64,000 nucleotides of DNA from Escherichia coli (GTDB taxonomy: Bacteria > Pseudomonadota > Gammaproteobacteria > Enterobacterales > Enterobacteriaceae): NCBI RefSeq assembly GCF_048403405.1, contig NZ_CP183129.1; one strand, 5' to 3'. The position numbers were made by a program, and so were the translations under genes. The notes under the pieces were generated by a model. It was given only the letters and a program-made list of their open reading frames with translations, was not told the origin of the DNA and made no database searches. Every line of letters begins with the position of its first letter. Within the stretch, counting starts at the first letter, position 1. Below are positions 33,119-44,616 of the stretch, in pieces.

Positions 33119-33986
33119 TGAGGTTCACCCGTTTCCTGGTCAGCAGAATGACAGCGAAAATAATGATGAAGAGCACCACCGAGATCGCCGCCGCTTTTCC
33201 TAAATCATTAAAGGCAAAGGCGGTTTTGTAGAGATATACACCGAGAATATCGACCTTGGTCGTCAGCAGATAAACATCCGCGAACATGTAGAACATCCAG
33301 ATGGTGCGCAGGGTCACCACCGTCGCCAGGACCGGCATAATCGCGGGCAGCGTGACAATGCGAAACCGCTGCCAGGCATTAGCGCCATCCATCTCTGCCG
33401 CTTCGTACAACGATTTATCAATGGTCTGCAAAATCGCCAGAAACGAAATAAAGGCATAGGGGAAGTAGCGCCAGATGGCGAACAGCACCACCAGCACAAA
33501 GCTACTGCCCGGATTATCGAACCACAGCGGTGCCTGCTCATAGAGATGCAGAAGATCGACGCCGAGGTAGTTCACAATGCCGTAACCGTTGTTGAACATG
33601 TATTTCCAGGCGAACACCAGCGAAATAGACGGCGTTACGTAGGAGAGGATCACCAGCGAACGCGCGGTTTTGCGCAGGCGGAACTCGCGGTTGAAAAACA
33701 TCGCCACGGCCAGCCCGAGCACGGTGCTGCCCGTCACCACCAGTGTGGTATACCAGACCGTCATCCACAGCGAGTGCCAGAAGCCGGGATCGGAGAGAAT
33801 ACGCACGTAGTTGCTTACCCCAACAAACGTTGACTCGATGTTGGGATTGAGCGGCAGACGTAAAAAACTGATTTCGATATTCGACACCATCGGCCACGCC
33901 ACCAGACCGCCCAGCAGTAATAAGCTGGGCGCGAGAAGCAACAGCGCAAAGGGCATATCGGAACGACCTGAAAAAAGCCTGTTCAT
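33105..33986 (-). CDS. ycjO: ABC sugar transporter permease
   Basis: 293-aa polytopic membrane protein; overlaps ycjP start by 14 bp. Confidence 0.85.
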   Translation of the reverse strand: MNRLFSGRSDMPFALLLLAPSLLLLGGLVAWPMVSNIEISFLRLPLNPNIESTFVGVSNYVRILSDPGFWHSLWMTVWYTTLVVTGSTVLGLAVAMFFNREFRLRKTARSLVILSYVTPSISLVFAWKYMFNNGYGIVNYLGVDLLHLYEQAPLWFDNPGSSFVLVVLFAIWRYFPYAFISFLAILQTIDKSLYEAAEMDGANAWQRFRIVTLPAIMPVLATVVTLRTIWMFYMFADVYLLTTKVDILGVYLYKTAFAFNDLGKAAAISVVLFIIIFAVILLTRKRVNLNGNK

Positions 33987-34006
33987 TGCGGATTCCTGTC
34001 CTGGGT

Positions 34007-35299
34007 TTAGTGCTGTTCAACCAACTCATCCAGCTTTTTCTGGCTCGTTTGCAGCGTGCCAGGGAGGTCGGCTTTACCCACGGTGACGTTATGCACCATG
34101 GAGCTCACCACGCCAGAACCCGTCACATCGCCCATGCGGGTAAAATTTTTATCCCCTACTGCGCCAAAGACCTGAATATTTGGCAGTTCGCTGATTAACT
34201 GATTTGGCAGCTCACCCAGCGCCTTAATAACGTCGTTGTCTTTCCAGGTGGCGGTAGTGACAACCGCTTTGTTCACCGGCAGCGCCGCGCCTGGCGACAT
34301 CATCACCCAGTCGGCAATGTTGTCTGCCTGCTCCATAAAGGTGACAAATTTTTCTGCTGCTTCCGTCTCTTCGGTCTTTTGCCCGGCGGTAATGGTCAGC
34401 GAGGTCAACATGCCGTAGACCGCAGAGTTTTTCTCGGTTGGCACCACGAAACCGACGTTTTTCGGATCGCCTTCTTTAATTACAGCCGGAAGGATATAGG
34501 TGGAGTAAATCGCCAGCGGCGCGGTGCCGTTCATAAAGGCGTCTTTCACTTCCATGATGTCGTTAGAACCCGGCATCGTGTTGGCGGCAAGGTCGCGGTA
34601 ATAGGTCAGCGCCTGCATCATCTCTGGGGTATCAAGGGTGATTTTGCCTTCTGCGTTAAAGACGTTGGCCTGGTTGGATAACGCAAACTGGGAGAAGGAT
34701 TGTTCCGTCAGTACGCTTTCTGCCGTCGGCAGTGCAATGCCGTATTTTTTATTCGCCGGGTCATTCAGTTTCTGTGCAACGTCCAGTAGCTGTTGCCAGT
34801 TTTTCGGCTCCTCCAGCCCCGCTTTTGCCAGCACATCTTTGCGATACCAGATGCCGCCAATCCAGGCACTCACAGGAACACCGGTCCATGCGCTACCATC
34901 TTCGGTGCGCACAATACGCAGTACGCCATCGTAAAACGCGCCTTCACCCACGTTGCTGATGACTGTGGCAACCGCTTTGCGATCGATAAGCTGCTCTTTG
35001 TCCATAACTTTGGCGTAGTCATGGCTGGTTTCGATCACTTCCGGCAGTGAGCCGCTACGTGACAGGGTTATGACTTTGGTGTTATAGGCATCTTCTTCCA
35101 CTGGCACTTGTTTAACGGTGATGCCCGAGTTTTCTTTTTCAAAACGGGCAATCAATTTACTGATAACGGCTTGACGCTCCTGCTCCACCGAAGAATGCAT
35201 AAATTCGATGGATACATGGGTTTTATTTTCTTCTTTACAGCCTGAAATCAGGGCGCAGGAAACCAGTGCTGATAACAGCACGATTTTTGATTTAATCAT
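34007..35299 (-). CDS. ycjN: Periplasmic sugar-binding protein (SBP family 1)
   Basis: 430-aa ORF with lipoprotein-type signal (LISGC). Confidence 0.85.
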   Translation of the reverse strand: MIKSKIVLLSALVSCALISGCKEENKTHVSIEFMHSSVEQERQAVISKLIARFEKENSGITVKQVPVEEDAYNTKVITLSRSGSLPEVIETSHDYAKVMDKEQLIDRKAVATVISNVGEGAFYDGVLRIVRTEDGSAWTGVPVSAWIGGIWYRKDVLAKAGLEEPKNWQQLLDVAQKLNDPANKKYGIALPTAESVLTEQSFSQFALSNQANVFNAEGKITLDTPEMMQALTYYRDLAANTMPGSNDIMEVKDAFMNGTAPLAIYSTYILPAVIKEGDPKNVGFVVPTEKNSAVYGMLTSLTITAGQKTEETEAAEKFVTFMEQADNIADWVMMSPGAALPVNKAVVTTATWKDNDVIKALGELPNQLISELPNIQVFGAVGDKNFTRMGDVTGSGVVSSMVHNVTVGKADLPGTLQTSQKKLDELVEQH

Positions 35300-35313
35300 G
35301 AGATGTTCCTTTT

Positions 35314-36993
35314 TTATTTAATCCACATAACCTGCCAGGGGCGCAGCGTTATTTCATTACCCAATATATCAACTTCACTAATCAGATCCCGACCGTGCAG
35401 ATCAGTAATATTTATATGCTGAATATTTTCACTGACATTAAACAATCCTGTCAGACAATTACCATCCGCGTTGTTTCTTTGAATACGCATTACGGATGAA
35501 TTAACCGTGTCGATGGTAAAATCATTATCCGGATGAAACTCGTTATGACTGCAACGAAGTGTAATTAAACGCGACAACTGATGATATACCGCATGCCTTA
35601 ATGTATCTTCATCGTTCAGTTCTCGGGTTATCTCTTCATTGTGATATTTTTTACGGTTAATCGCACGGTTATATCCCAGTTTTTCGACACCTGCGTAATC
35701 ATTACGCGAGCCAAGAATACTTTGAATATATATCGCTGGCACACCGGGGAAACTTAACAAAATCGCATGGGCAAGGATAAACCTGGCACACCGCTCTTCA
35801 TCGCTACTCTCGCGGCGGCTTAACGCATCCATATAGGTGACATTTATTTCATAGGGACTGCGCGTACCGTCGGGATTATTTTTCCAGTTTACTAATGCAC
35901 CTTCCTGCTGTAACGCCTCGACCAGCGCTAATATTTCGCTTTCTGGTAACAAGCCACGCAGTGGGTTCAGCCCGATGCCATCGTGAGAGGCGAGGAAGTT
36001 AAACCAGGTGGTGTTGCTGGAAGGTAGTGTCAGGTTTTGCGCCCACGCACAAAGCGCCTCAACGTTCTGTTTTTGCACCGCATGCAGCACCAGCGGCGGC
36101 AGCGAGAACTGGTACACCATATGCGCTTCGTCATCGCCTTCGCCAAAGTAAGCAATGTTGTCTTTATGCGGAACATTGGTCTCGGTAATGATCACTGTAC
36201 CTGGTGCTACGTCATCAATAATCGACCGTAACAGCTTGATAATCAGATGTGTTTTTTCCAGATGGATGCAGCTTGTTCCTGGCTCTTTCCACATAAAGCC
36301 AACGGCATCCAGCCGGACATATTCTGCGCCCTTTTCCAGGTAGCACAGCAATACATCCACCATCGCCAGCAACACTTCAGGGCTACGGTAATTGAGGTCA
36401 ATTTGATCGTCGCTAAAGGTGGTCCATAAATGGCGCGTGGAATTATCATCCATTTGAAACGGTGTTAATAGCGGTAACGCACGCGGACGGGTGACGGCGC
36501 TGAGATCGGTTTGCGGATCAACAGCAATAAAAAAATCTTCAAAACCTGGCTGCTGTTGTAAATAGTTTTTAAACCATTCACTTTTTGCCGACATATGGTT
36601 GCAGACAAAATCAAACATTAAATGACTGCATTCACCGAGTTGCTGAATATCCTGCCACTCCCCCGCTTCACTGGCGACCTGATGATAATCAATTACCGAA
36701 AACCCATCATCAGATGACCATGGATAAAAAGGTAATAAATGAACATGTGAAAAAATGCTTTGCAGCCATTGATGGTAAAACTGATTAAATGTGGGTAGTG
36801 GTTTTAAATCATTACTGTGAAATTGATCAGCATAGGTAATTAACACGACATCACTTTCATCCCAGTGTTTTTTACGTCGCTGTGTAATTAATCGTTTCGC
36901 ACTCTCAAGACGCGTTACAAGTTTCTGTAAATGAGTCGCGGTAAATGTTCCACCGTAGATTTCGTCCAGGTAATCCGTAATTTTCTGTTTCAT
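35314..36993 (-). CDS. ycjM: GH13 sucrose-phosphorylase-like glycoside phosphorylase
   Basis: ORF 35314..37020; start taken at MKQKITDYLDEIYGG (559 aa). Confidence 0.85.
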   Translation of the reverse strand: MKQKITDYLDEIYGGTFTATHLQKLVTRLESAKRLITQRRKKHWDESDVVLITYADQFHSNDLKPLPTFNQFYHQWLQSIFSHVHLLPFYPWSSDDGFSVIDYHQVASEAGEWQDIQQLGECSHLMFDFVCNHMSAKSEWFKNYLQQQPGFEDFFIAVDPQTDLSAVTRPRALPLLTPFQMDDNSTRHLWTTFSDDQIDLNYRSPEVLLAMVDVLLCYLEKGAEYVRLDAVGFMWKEPGTSCIHLEKTHLIIKLLRSIIDDVAPGTVIITETNVPHKDNIAYFGEGDDEAHMVYQFSLPPLVLHAVQKQNVEALCAWAQNLTLPSSNTTWFNFLASHDGIGLNPLRGLLPESEILALVEALQQEGALVNWKNNPDGTRSPYEINVTYMDALSRRESSDEERCARFILAHAILLSFPGVPAIYIQSILGSRNDYAGVEKLGYNRAINRKKYHNEEITRELNDEDTLRHAVYHQLSRLITLRCSHNEFHPDNDFTIDTVNSSVMRIQRNNADGNCLTGLFNVSENIQHINITDLHGRDLISEVDILGNEITLRPWQVMWIK

Positions 36994-37206
36994 GTTGCCT
37001 TTCCGTGGTAGCGGTCCCATGAAACGAGAGACTACTCCGCAGAAAATAAACTGTCAATTGAGTACAAGGGTTTTAGTCACGCAGGAAATCATTTTTTACC
37101 AGGGAAAAAGCGTATTTGTGAGCTGACGCAAATAATCTATGGGGATGTAAATAAGGTGTGACAGAAAAAGTAAACGGCGCATAAGCGCCGCTTAGGGTGG
37201 ATTCTT

Positions 37207-37521
37207 TTAACCTTTGACCTTCGGCATTGCGATGTCTTTCAGGCCACCGGCGTTCTCAACGTGGGTATATCCCATCTCGCTAAGGATCTCTTTTGCCTGC
37301 CCTGACTGGCGTCCGGCATTGCAATACACTTTCACGGTGTCGTTTTTATCCGGAACGGCGGTGGCAATGCGCTCTTTTACTTCCTTCAGGGGAATATTGA
37401 TGGCTCCCTGAACGTGCTCTTGCTGATACTGCTCTGGAACACGAACATCGATCCAGTGTTCAGCGGCGAAAACGGGCAGTGAAAACACCAGTGTCAGAGC
37501 AAGTAAGCCTTTTTTAAACAT
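37207..37521 (-). CDS. pspE: Periplasmic rhodanese (thiosulfate sulfurtransferase) PspE
   Basis: 104-aa ORF; signal peptide; active-site Cys in YCNAGRQS. Confidence 0.9.
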   Translation of the reverse strand: MFKKGLLALTLVFSLPVFAAEHWIDVRVPEQYQQEHVQGAINIPLKEVKERIATAVPDKNDTVKVYCNAGRQSGQAKEILSEMGYTHVENAGGLKDIAMPKVKG

Positions 37522-37595
37522 GTAAGCGTCCTTCTATGGATGAAAATTGCCATCCATAATATGCCTTAGCTTTAACAATTTTTGCGAAACTCCCC

Positions 37596-37817
37596 TCACC
37601 TTTTATAACGCTGCGCCAGTTTATTGGCAGCCCGACTTAACAGCGGTTCCAGCGCCACGGCCAGCAACATTTTCAGTGGTCGGCGAGCAACTGATTTTAT
37701 CGCCCAGCCAGCTACACCCGCCGGGCCATAGCGCAGTGCGGTAAGAAGTACCAGCTTGCCTGCTAATTTGAAACCAGGCTTCACCTTTTGCCCGGCCTGT
37801 TGCCAGCGAGTATTCAT
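37596..37817 (-). CDS. pspD: Phage shock protein D
   Basis: ORF 37596..37829; start at MNTRWQQAG (73 aa). Confidence 0.85.
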
Positions 37818-37825
37818 AACTTTCC

Positions 37826-38185
37826 TCACAGTTGACGGAAACGGCTACGTAACGTGAAAGTATCGGAAGTGACATAACGTTCCATCTCGCGTAAAGGCGT
37901 TTCACTTGCCGCCAGTTCACGGTCGACTTCATCCAGCAATTCGCTGCTGGAAGGTAGCTGCTCACCAAAGGCCATGTTGTCCGGCATTGGATCAAGCGCA
38001 AATGACAAAATGATGTAAGCAACCAGGGTAAACAGCGCCAGACCGAAGAAAATCGACAGCACCACCAGGATACGCACCAGTTTTACCGGTACATCAAAAT
38101 AGTTGGCAATCCCGGCGCAGACGCCGCGTACCATGCCCCGCTGTGGAATACGCCATAATTTTTTATTGAGATTAATGCCCGCCAT
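37826..38185 (-). CDS. pspC: Phage shock protein C
   Basis: 119-aa ORF with single TM segment; start overlaps pspB stop. Confidence 0.9.
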
Positions 38186-38409
38186 TAGCGATCCCTCCAG
38201 TTCGGATGTTCTGCATCAAGAATGGATTCCAGCGCCTGAATACGTTCGCGCATCCGTTTTGCTTCATCAGCCAGTTGCGCTAATCGCTGCTGCTCACTTT
38301 GCGACAATTCACTGCGACCAGAACGATTGCTGTAATGCAGCCATAACCAGATCGGTAAAACAAACAGCACAAAAATGGTTAACGGAATAGCCAGAAATAG
38401 CGCGCTCAT
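38185..38409 (-). CDS. pspB: Phage shock protein B
   Basis: 74-aa ORF, single TM helix. Confidence 0.9.
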   Translation of the reverse strand: MSALFLAIPLTIFVLFVLPIWLWLHYSNRSGRSELSQSEQQRLAQLADEAKRMRERIQALESILDAEHPNWRDR

Positions 38410-38462
38410 AAGGACTCCTTAGACGATGAGCGGCGGCGCGTTCGGACGCCGCCGGGATGTTA

Positions 38463-39203
<741 letters not shown>

Positions 39204-39297
39204 TTATCTTTTTGATTTATAAAGATCTGATTGAAGAATCAACAGCAACATGCCAGGATGAGTTAGCGAATTACACTAACAAGTGGCGAATTTCATC

Positions 39298-40275
39298 ATG
39301 GCAGAATACAAAGATAATTTACTCGGTGAGGCGAACAGCTTTCTCGAAGTGCTGGAACAGGTTTCGCATCTCGCACCGCTGGACAAACCGGTGCTCATCA
39401 TCGGCGAGCGCGGCACAGGTAAAGAGCTCATTGCCAGCCGTCTGCATTATCTCTCCTCCCGTTGGCAGGGGCCGTTTATTTCCCTTAACTGCGCGGCGTT
39501 AAATGAAAATCTGCTGGATTCCGAACTGTTTGGTCACGAAGCGGGCGCGTTTACCGGTGCGCAAAAACGTCATCCAGGGAGATTTGAACGTGCCGACGGC
39601 GGTACGCTATTTCTTGATGAACTCGCTACGGCACCGATGATGGTGCAGGAGAAATTATTGCGCGTGATTGAGTACGGTGAACTGGAGCGCGTCGGCGGCA
39701 GCCAGCCATTGCAGGTGAATGTACGGTTGGTATGCGCGACGAATGCCGATCTCCCGGCGATGGTCAATGAAGGTACTTTTCGCGCTGACCTACTCGACCG
39801 GCTGGCTTTCGATGTAGTGCAACTGCCGCCCCTGCGCGAGCGCGAAAGCGACATTATGCTGATGGCAGAACACTTTGCCATTCAGATGTGTCGGGAAATC
39901 AAGCTGCCTCTGTTCCCGGGGTTTACGGAGCGCGCCAGAGAAACATTGCTGAATTATCGCTGGCCGGGAAATATTCGTGAATTGAAAAACGTGGTGGAAC
40001 GTTCAGTGTATCGCCACGGCACCAGCGATTATCCGCTTGATGACATCATTATTGATCCCTTTAAACGGCGTCCGCCTGAAGACGCTATCGCCGTTTCAGA
40101 AACCACCTCGCTTCCAACACTGCCGCTGGATTTACGTGAGTTTCAGATGCAGCAGGAAAAAGAGTTGCTGCAACTCAGTTTGCAACAAGGGAAATATAAC
40201 CAGAAGCGCGCGGCTGAATTGCTGGGGTTAACCTATCATCAGTTCCGCGCGTTGTTGAAAAAGCACCAGATTTAG
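39298..40275 (+). CDS. pspF: Sigma54-dependent activator PspF
   Basis: ORF 39283..40275 (GTG in track); ATG start at MAEYKDNLLG (325 aa); Walker A GERGTGKE, GAFTGA motif, C-terminal HTH. Confidence 0.92.
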   Translation: MAEYKDNLLGEANSFLEVLEQVSHLAPLDKPVLIIGERGTGKELIASRLHYLSSRWQGPFISLNCAALNENLLDSELFGHEAGAFTGAQKRHPGRFERADGGTLFLDELATAPMMVQEKLLRVIEYGELERVGGSQPLQVNVRLVCATNADLPAMVNEGTFRADLLDRLAFDVVQLPPLRERESDIMLMAEHFAIQMCREIKLPLFPGFTERARETLLNYRWPGNIRELKNVVERSVYRHGTSDYPLDDIIIDPFKRRPPEDAIAVSETTSLPTLPLDLREFQMQQEKELLQLSLQQGKYNQKRAAELLGLTYHQFRALLKKHQI

Positions 40276-40296
40276 CGAAGTTGGGCAATACAACTT

Positions 40297-40378
40297 GCCG
40301 GATGCGGCGTGAACGCCTTATCCGGCATACATAATCAATACGTCGTTTGCAGGCCTGATAAGCGCAGCGTATCAGACA
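40297..40378. repeat. REP/BIME cluster between pspF and puuE
   Basis: TGCCGGATGCGGCGTGAACGCCTTATCCGGCATACA followed by a second REP-like palindrome GCCTGATAAGCGCAGCGTATCAG. Confidence 0.8.
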
Positions 40379-40394
40379 TTATTGCGTTGGGCTA

Positions 40395-41660
40395 TTAATC
40401 GCTCAGCGCATCCTGCAAAATTTTCATTGCCGCATCGAATTGCGCATCCGGGATGGTCAGCGGATACAGGAAACGAATCACGTTGCCGTATGCGCCACAG
40501 GTCAGTAGAAGCAGCCCCTGCGCCAGCGCGCGTTGCTGGATTTTCTGTGCAATCGCCGCTGACGGCTCGCCCGTTTGCGGATCGTTAAACTCTGCCGCAA
40601 TCATAGACCCCAGACCGCGTACCGCCGCGATGGCCGGAACGCTTTCTTTGGCATCAATCAACGTGTTTGTCAGGCGCTGGCCCAGTTGATTCGCGCGTTC
40701 ACAGAGTGATTCTTTGTCGATAATGTTGAGCACAGCGTGCGCGGCAGCCACCGCCAGCGGGTTCCCGGCGTAGGTACCACCCAACCCGCCCGGCGCGGGC
40801 GCGTCCATAATATTCGCGTTACCGACCACGCCCGAAAGCGGCATCCCGCCCGCGAGGCTTTTCGCCATCGTCATTAAGTCCGGCTTATCGGCGTAGTGAT
40901 CCATGGCAAACAGTTTACCGGTACGCGCAAAGCCGCTTTGCACTTCATCGGCAATCATCACAATGCCGTGCTCGTCGCACAGGCGGCGAATGGCGGCAAC
41001 CAGCTCTGTTGGTGCAACGTTGAAACCGCCTTCGCCCTGCACCGGTTCGAAAATAATCGCCGCCACCTGCTTCGCTTCAATGTCCGATTTAAACAAGCGT
41101 TCGATGGCGTCGAGAGAGTCCTGCGTTGAAACGCCATGTAAATCTGACGGATAAGGTACGTGATATACCGAACCGGGGAACGGGCCGAAGCCGATTTTGT
41201 ACGGCGCGACCTTTCCGGTCAGCGCCATGGTCATATATGTACGACCGTGGAAGCCGCCGCTAAACGCAATCACGCCAGGGCGTCCGGTATGGGCGCGGGC
41301 GATTTTCACCGCGTTCTCCACCGCTTCCGCACCGGTGGTGAAGAACGCAGTTTTAGCCTGCCCGCTCACCGGGGCAAGGGCGTTAATTTTCTCCGCCAGG
41401 GTGACGTAGCTTTCGTACGGCACAATCTGATACGCCGTGTGGGTAAACTGTTGCAATTGCTGCTCCACCGCCGCGACCAGATCAGGGTGGCGATGCCCGG
41501 TATTCAGCACCGCAATGCCTGCGGCGAAATCGATGTATTCGTTGCCCTCTACATCCTTCAGCGTGGCGTTTTCTGCCGACTGGGCGAAGAAGTTACACAT
41601 CACGCCAACCCCGCGTGGGGTAGCAGAAAGACGACGCTGATGGAATTCATTGTTGCTCAT
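40395..41660 (-). CDS. puuE: 4-Aminobutyrate aminotransferase (PLP-dependent, class III)
   Basis: 421-aa ORF of the class-III aminotransferase family. Confidence 0.9.
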   Translation of the reverse strand: MSNNEFHQRRLSATPRGVGVMCNFFAQSAENATLKDVEGNEYIDFAAGIAVLNTGHRHPDLVAAVEQQLQQFTHTAYQIVPYESYVTLAEKINALAPVSGQAKTAFFTTGAEAVENAVKIARAHTGRPGVIAFSGGFHGRTYMTMALTGKVAPYKIGFGPFPGSVYHVPYPSDLHGVSTQDSLDAIERLFKSDIEAKQVAAIIFEPVQGEGGFNVAPTELVAAIRRLCDEHGIVMIADEVQSGFARTGKLFAMDHYADKPDLMTMAKSLAGGMPLSGVVGNANIMDAPAPGGLGGTYAGNPLAVAAAHAVLNIIDKESLCERANQLGQRLTNTLIDAKESVPAIAAVRGLGSMIAAEFNDPQTGEPSAAIAQKIQQRALAQGLLLLTCGAYGNVIRFLYPLTIPDAQFDAAMKILQDALSD

Positions 41661-41697
41661 GTTTCACACCTTTTGACTCTTCACTGTTAATCGGAAA

Positions 41698-42978
41698 TTA
41701 AACGCCCAGACGATCGCGCAGGCTGTAATAAGCCGCGCCCATCGCGGTAAACGGAACGCGCAGCGTGCGCCCGCCGGGGAACGGGTAATGCGGCAGATTG
41801 GCGAAGGCGTCGAAGCGCTCGGCGTCACCGCGCAGCAGTTCAGCAATCAAACGCCCGGCGAGGTGGGTACAGGTGACGCCGTGGCCGCTGTAGCCCTGCA
41901 TGTAGTAGATGTTGGTATCGAGGCGACCAAACTGCGGCATGCGTGACAGGGTCAGCAGGAAGTTGCCCGTCCAGCGGTAATCAATTTTCACGCCCTTCAG
42001 TTGCGGGAAGGTTTTCAGCAGTTTCGGCACCACAAGGCGCTCAACATCGTCCGGGTCGCGTGCGCCGTAGACCACGCCGCCGCCGTACAGCAGGCGGTTA
42101 TCGGCAGTCAGACGGTAGTAATCAAGCAGATAGTTACAGTCTTCAACGCAGTAGTTTTTCGGGATCAGCGAACGGGCTAAATCATCGGAAAGCCGCTCGG
42201 TGGTGATCACCTGCGTGCCGCACGGCATGCTGCGTTTCGCCAGTTCCGGTTCCACTTTATCGCCCAGATACGCATTCCCGGCGACAATCACGTATTTCGC
42301 CGTCACCTGACCTTTGGCAGTTCGCACAACGGCTGGCGTGGTGTGCTGGATCTGCGTCACGGCAGAAAGTTCATACACGCGCCCGCCGTTCAGGCGGATG
42401 GCGTCCGCTTCGCCAATGGCGAGGTTTAGCGGATGAATATGCCCACCGCTGTGATCCAGCAGCGCACCAGTGTAGCGATCGCTGGCGACCTCGCGGCGAA
42501 TAGCGTTGGCGTCCAGCAGCTCCAGCTGTTTATTGCCGTAGCGTTCCCAGTTCTCTTTCTGCTCTTCGAGTGTGGCGAGCTGTTTATCATTCATCGCCAC
42601 AAACAGGCCGCCGGGGCGGTAGTCGCAGTCAATCTGATAACGTTTGATACGTTCGCGGATGATCTCGCCGCCTTCGAACATCATGCTGCCGAGCATACGG
42701 GCGGTGTCCATGCCGTAGTTTTTTTCAATGACGTCGATGTCGCGGCTGTAGGAGTTCACAAGCTGCCCGCCGTTGCGTCCGCTTGCGCCGAAGCCGATGC
42801 GTGAGGCTTCAAGAACCACCACGTCAAAGCCCGCTTCCGCCAGATGCAGCGCGGAAGAAAGCCCGGTATAGCCGCCGCCGACCACGCAAACATCGCAGGA
42901 AATCGACTCATTCAGCGTGTCGAATGGTGCGTATTTATTCGCACTGGCGGCGTAATAACTGCTGGTATGTTCGGTCAT
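41698..42978 (-). CDS. puuB: Gamma-glutamylputrescine oxidase (FAD-dependent)
   Basis: 426-aa ORF; N-terminal FAD motif VCVVGGGYTG. Confidence 0.9.
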   Translation of the reverse strand: MTEHTSSYYAASANKYAPFDTLNESISCDVCVVGGGYTGLSSALHLAEAGFDVVVLEASRIGFGASGRNGGQLVNSYSRDIDVIEKNYGMDTARMLGSMMFEGGEIIRERIKRYQIDCDYRPGGLFVAMNDKQLATLEEQKENWERYGNKQLELLDANAIRREVASDRYTGALLDHSGGHIHPLNLAIGEADAIRLNGGRVYELSAVTQIQHTTPAVVRTAKGQVTAKYVIVAGNAYLGDKVEPELAKRSMPCGTQVITTERLSDDLARSLIPKNYCVEDCNYLLDYYRLTADNRLLYGGGVVYGARDPDDVERLVVPKLLKTFPQLKGVKIDYRWTGNFLLTLSRMPQFGRLDTNIYYMQGYSGHGVTCTHLAGRLIAELLRGDAERFDAFANLPHYPFPGGRTLRVPFTAMGAAYYSLRDRLGV

Positions 42979-42979
42979 T

Positions 42980-44467
42980 TCAGGCCTCCAGGCTTATCCA
43001 GATAGTTTTCAGTTCGGTGAATTTTTCAAGGGCGTGCAGGGATTTGTCGCGACCGTTGCCGCTCTGCTTATAGCCGCCAAACGGCACGGTCATATCGCCG
43101 TCGTTGTAGTTATTGACAAAGACGGAACCGGCTTTCAGGCGACGGCTCATGCGGTGCGCGCGGGAGAGGTCGCGCGTCCATACTGCCGCGCCAAGTCCGT
43201 ACTGGCTGTCGTTAGCAAGCTGTAGCGCCTGTTCTTCTGATGTGAAACGCGTGACCACCAGCACTGGACCGAAAATCTCTTCGCGGCTTAAGGACGCATC
43301 CGGGTCTACATCCACAAAGATCGTCGGGCCGATGGCGGCAGCCAGCTCGGCGTTACGGCCATCCAGCAGCAGTTGCCCTTTGCTTTCGCCTTCACGAATA
43401 AAGCTATGGACCGAGTCGGCGTGGGCGCAGTCGATTAAGGTGCCCATGGTGGTTGCGGGATCAAGTGGATGGCCCGGCTGCCAGTTTTGCGCCTGCTGTT
43501 TTAACAGGTCTAAGAATTCATCGGCGATGCTCTCTTCCAGCAACAGGCGCGTTCCGGCGATACACACCTGCCCCTGGTTGTAGAAAATGCCCGCAGCGGT
43601 CGCGCTCGCCGCTTTTTGCAAATCCGGACAGTCAGCGAAAACGATGTTGGCGCTTTTGCCGCCCGCTTCCAGCCAGACGCGTTTCATGTTGCTGTCGCCT
43701 GCATCTTTCAGCAGCTGTTTCCCGGTGCGGGTTGAGCCAGTAAAGGCGATGGCATCGATATCGTTATGACGCGACAGCGCCTGCCCCGCTTCATGACCAA
43801 AACCCGTCACCACGTTCAACACGCCATCCGGCAGCCCCGCTTCTTTCGCCAGCCCCGCGAGACGAATCGCACTGAGCGGTGATTTTTCAGACGGTTTTAG
43901 GATCACGCTGTTTCCCGCCGCCAGCGCCGGGCCGAGTTTCCAGCAAGTCAGCAGCAGCGGGAAGTTCCACGGCACGATGGCGGCAATCACGCCGACCGGT
44001 TCACGCACGATCATCGCCAGCTCATGGCTACTGGTGGTCGCCACTTCGCCATACACTTTGTCGATCGCTTCGGCGTACCAGCGAATGGCGCGCGCCGCGC
44101 CGGGAATATCATCACGCAGACTGTGACGAATCGGTTTGCCGGTGTCGAGCGTTTCCAGCAGCGCCAGTTCTTCAGCGTTAGCTTCCATTAAATCGGCGAG
44201 TTTATTCAGCACCGCTTTACGCTTAGCCGGAGAAGAGAGTGACCAGTCGCCACGTTCAAACACGCCGCGTGCTGCGCTCACCGCACGGTCAATATCGACG
44301 CTCTTGCCGCGGGCAATATTCGCCAGCGGTGCCTGGGTGACCGGATCAACGGTTTCAAAAGTTTCATTTTCCGCCGCAGCAGTATATTCACCGTTAATAA
44401 ATAAGCGGGTTTCAATGGCGAGACTTAACGCTTTATCCTGCCAGTAAGCCAGATGATGAAAATTCAT
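42980..44467 (-). CDS. puuC: Gamma-glutamyl-gamma-aminobutyraldehyde dehydrogenase (ALDH family)
   Basis: ORF 42980..44563; start taken at MNFHHLAYWQ (495 aa); catalytic Cys in QGQVCIAGTR. Confidence 0.88.
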   Translation of the reverse strand: MNFHHLAYWQDKALSLAIETRLFINGEYTAAAENETFETVDPVTQAPLANIARGKSVDIDRAVSAARGVFERGDWSLSSPAKRKAVLNKLADLMEANAEELALLETLDTGKPIRHSLRDDIPGAARAIRWYAEAIDKVYGEVATTSSHELAMIVREPVGVIAAIVPWNFPLLLTCWKLGPALAAGNSVILKPSEKSPLSAIRLAGLAKEAGLPDGVLNVVTGFGHEAGQALSRHNDIDAIAFTGSTRTGKQLLKDAGDSNMKRVWLEAGGKSANIVFADCPDLQKAASATAAGIFYNQGQVCIAGTRLLLEESIADEFLDLLKQQAQNWQPGHPLDPATTMGTLIDCAHADSVHSFIREGESKGQLLLDGRNAELAAAIGPTIFVDVDPDASLSREEIFGPVLVVTRFTSEEQALQLANDSQYGLGAAVWTRDLSRAHRMSRRLKAGSVFVNNYNDGDMTVPFGGYKQSGNGRDKSLHALEKFTELKTIWISLEA

Positions 44468-44616
44468 TATGACTCCTGTTTCACGTCTATCAGATATATG
44501 CAGTTTGTGAACGTCAGGGCGCAGAGATCCCCGGGCCGTATGCCCGTTTATTTCTGGCGACATTCTTTATGGATTGCCGGGCGCATTGCGCTTACCCGGC
44601 TTACAGAACAAAAAGA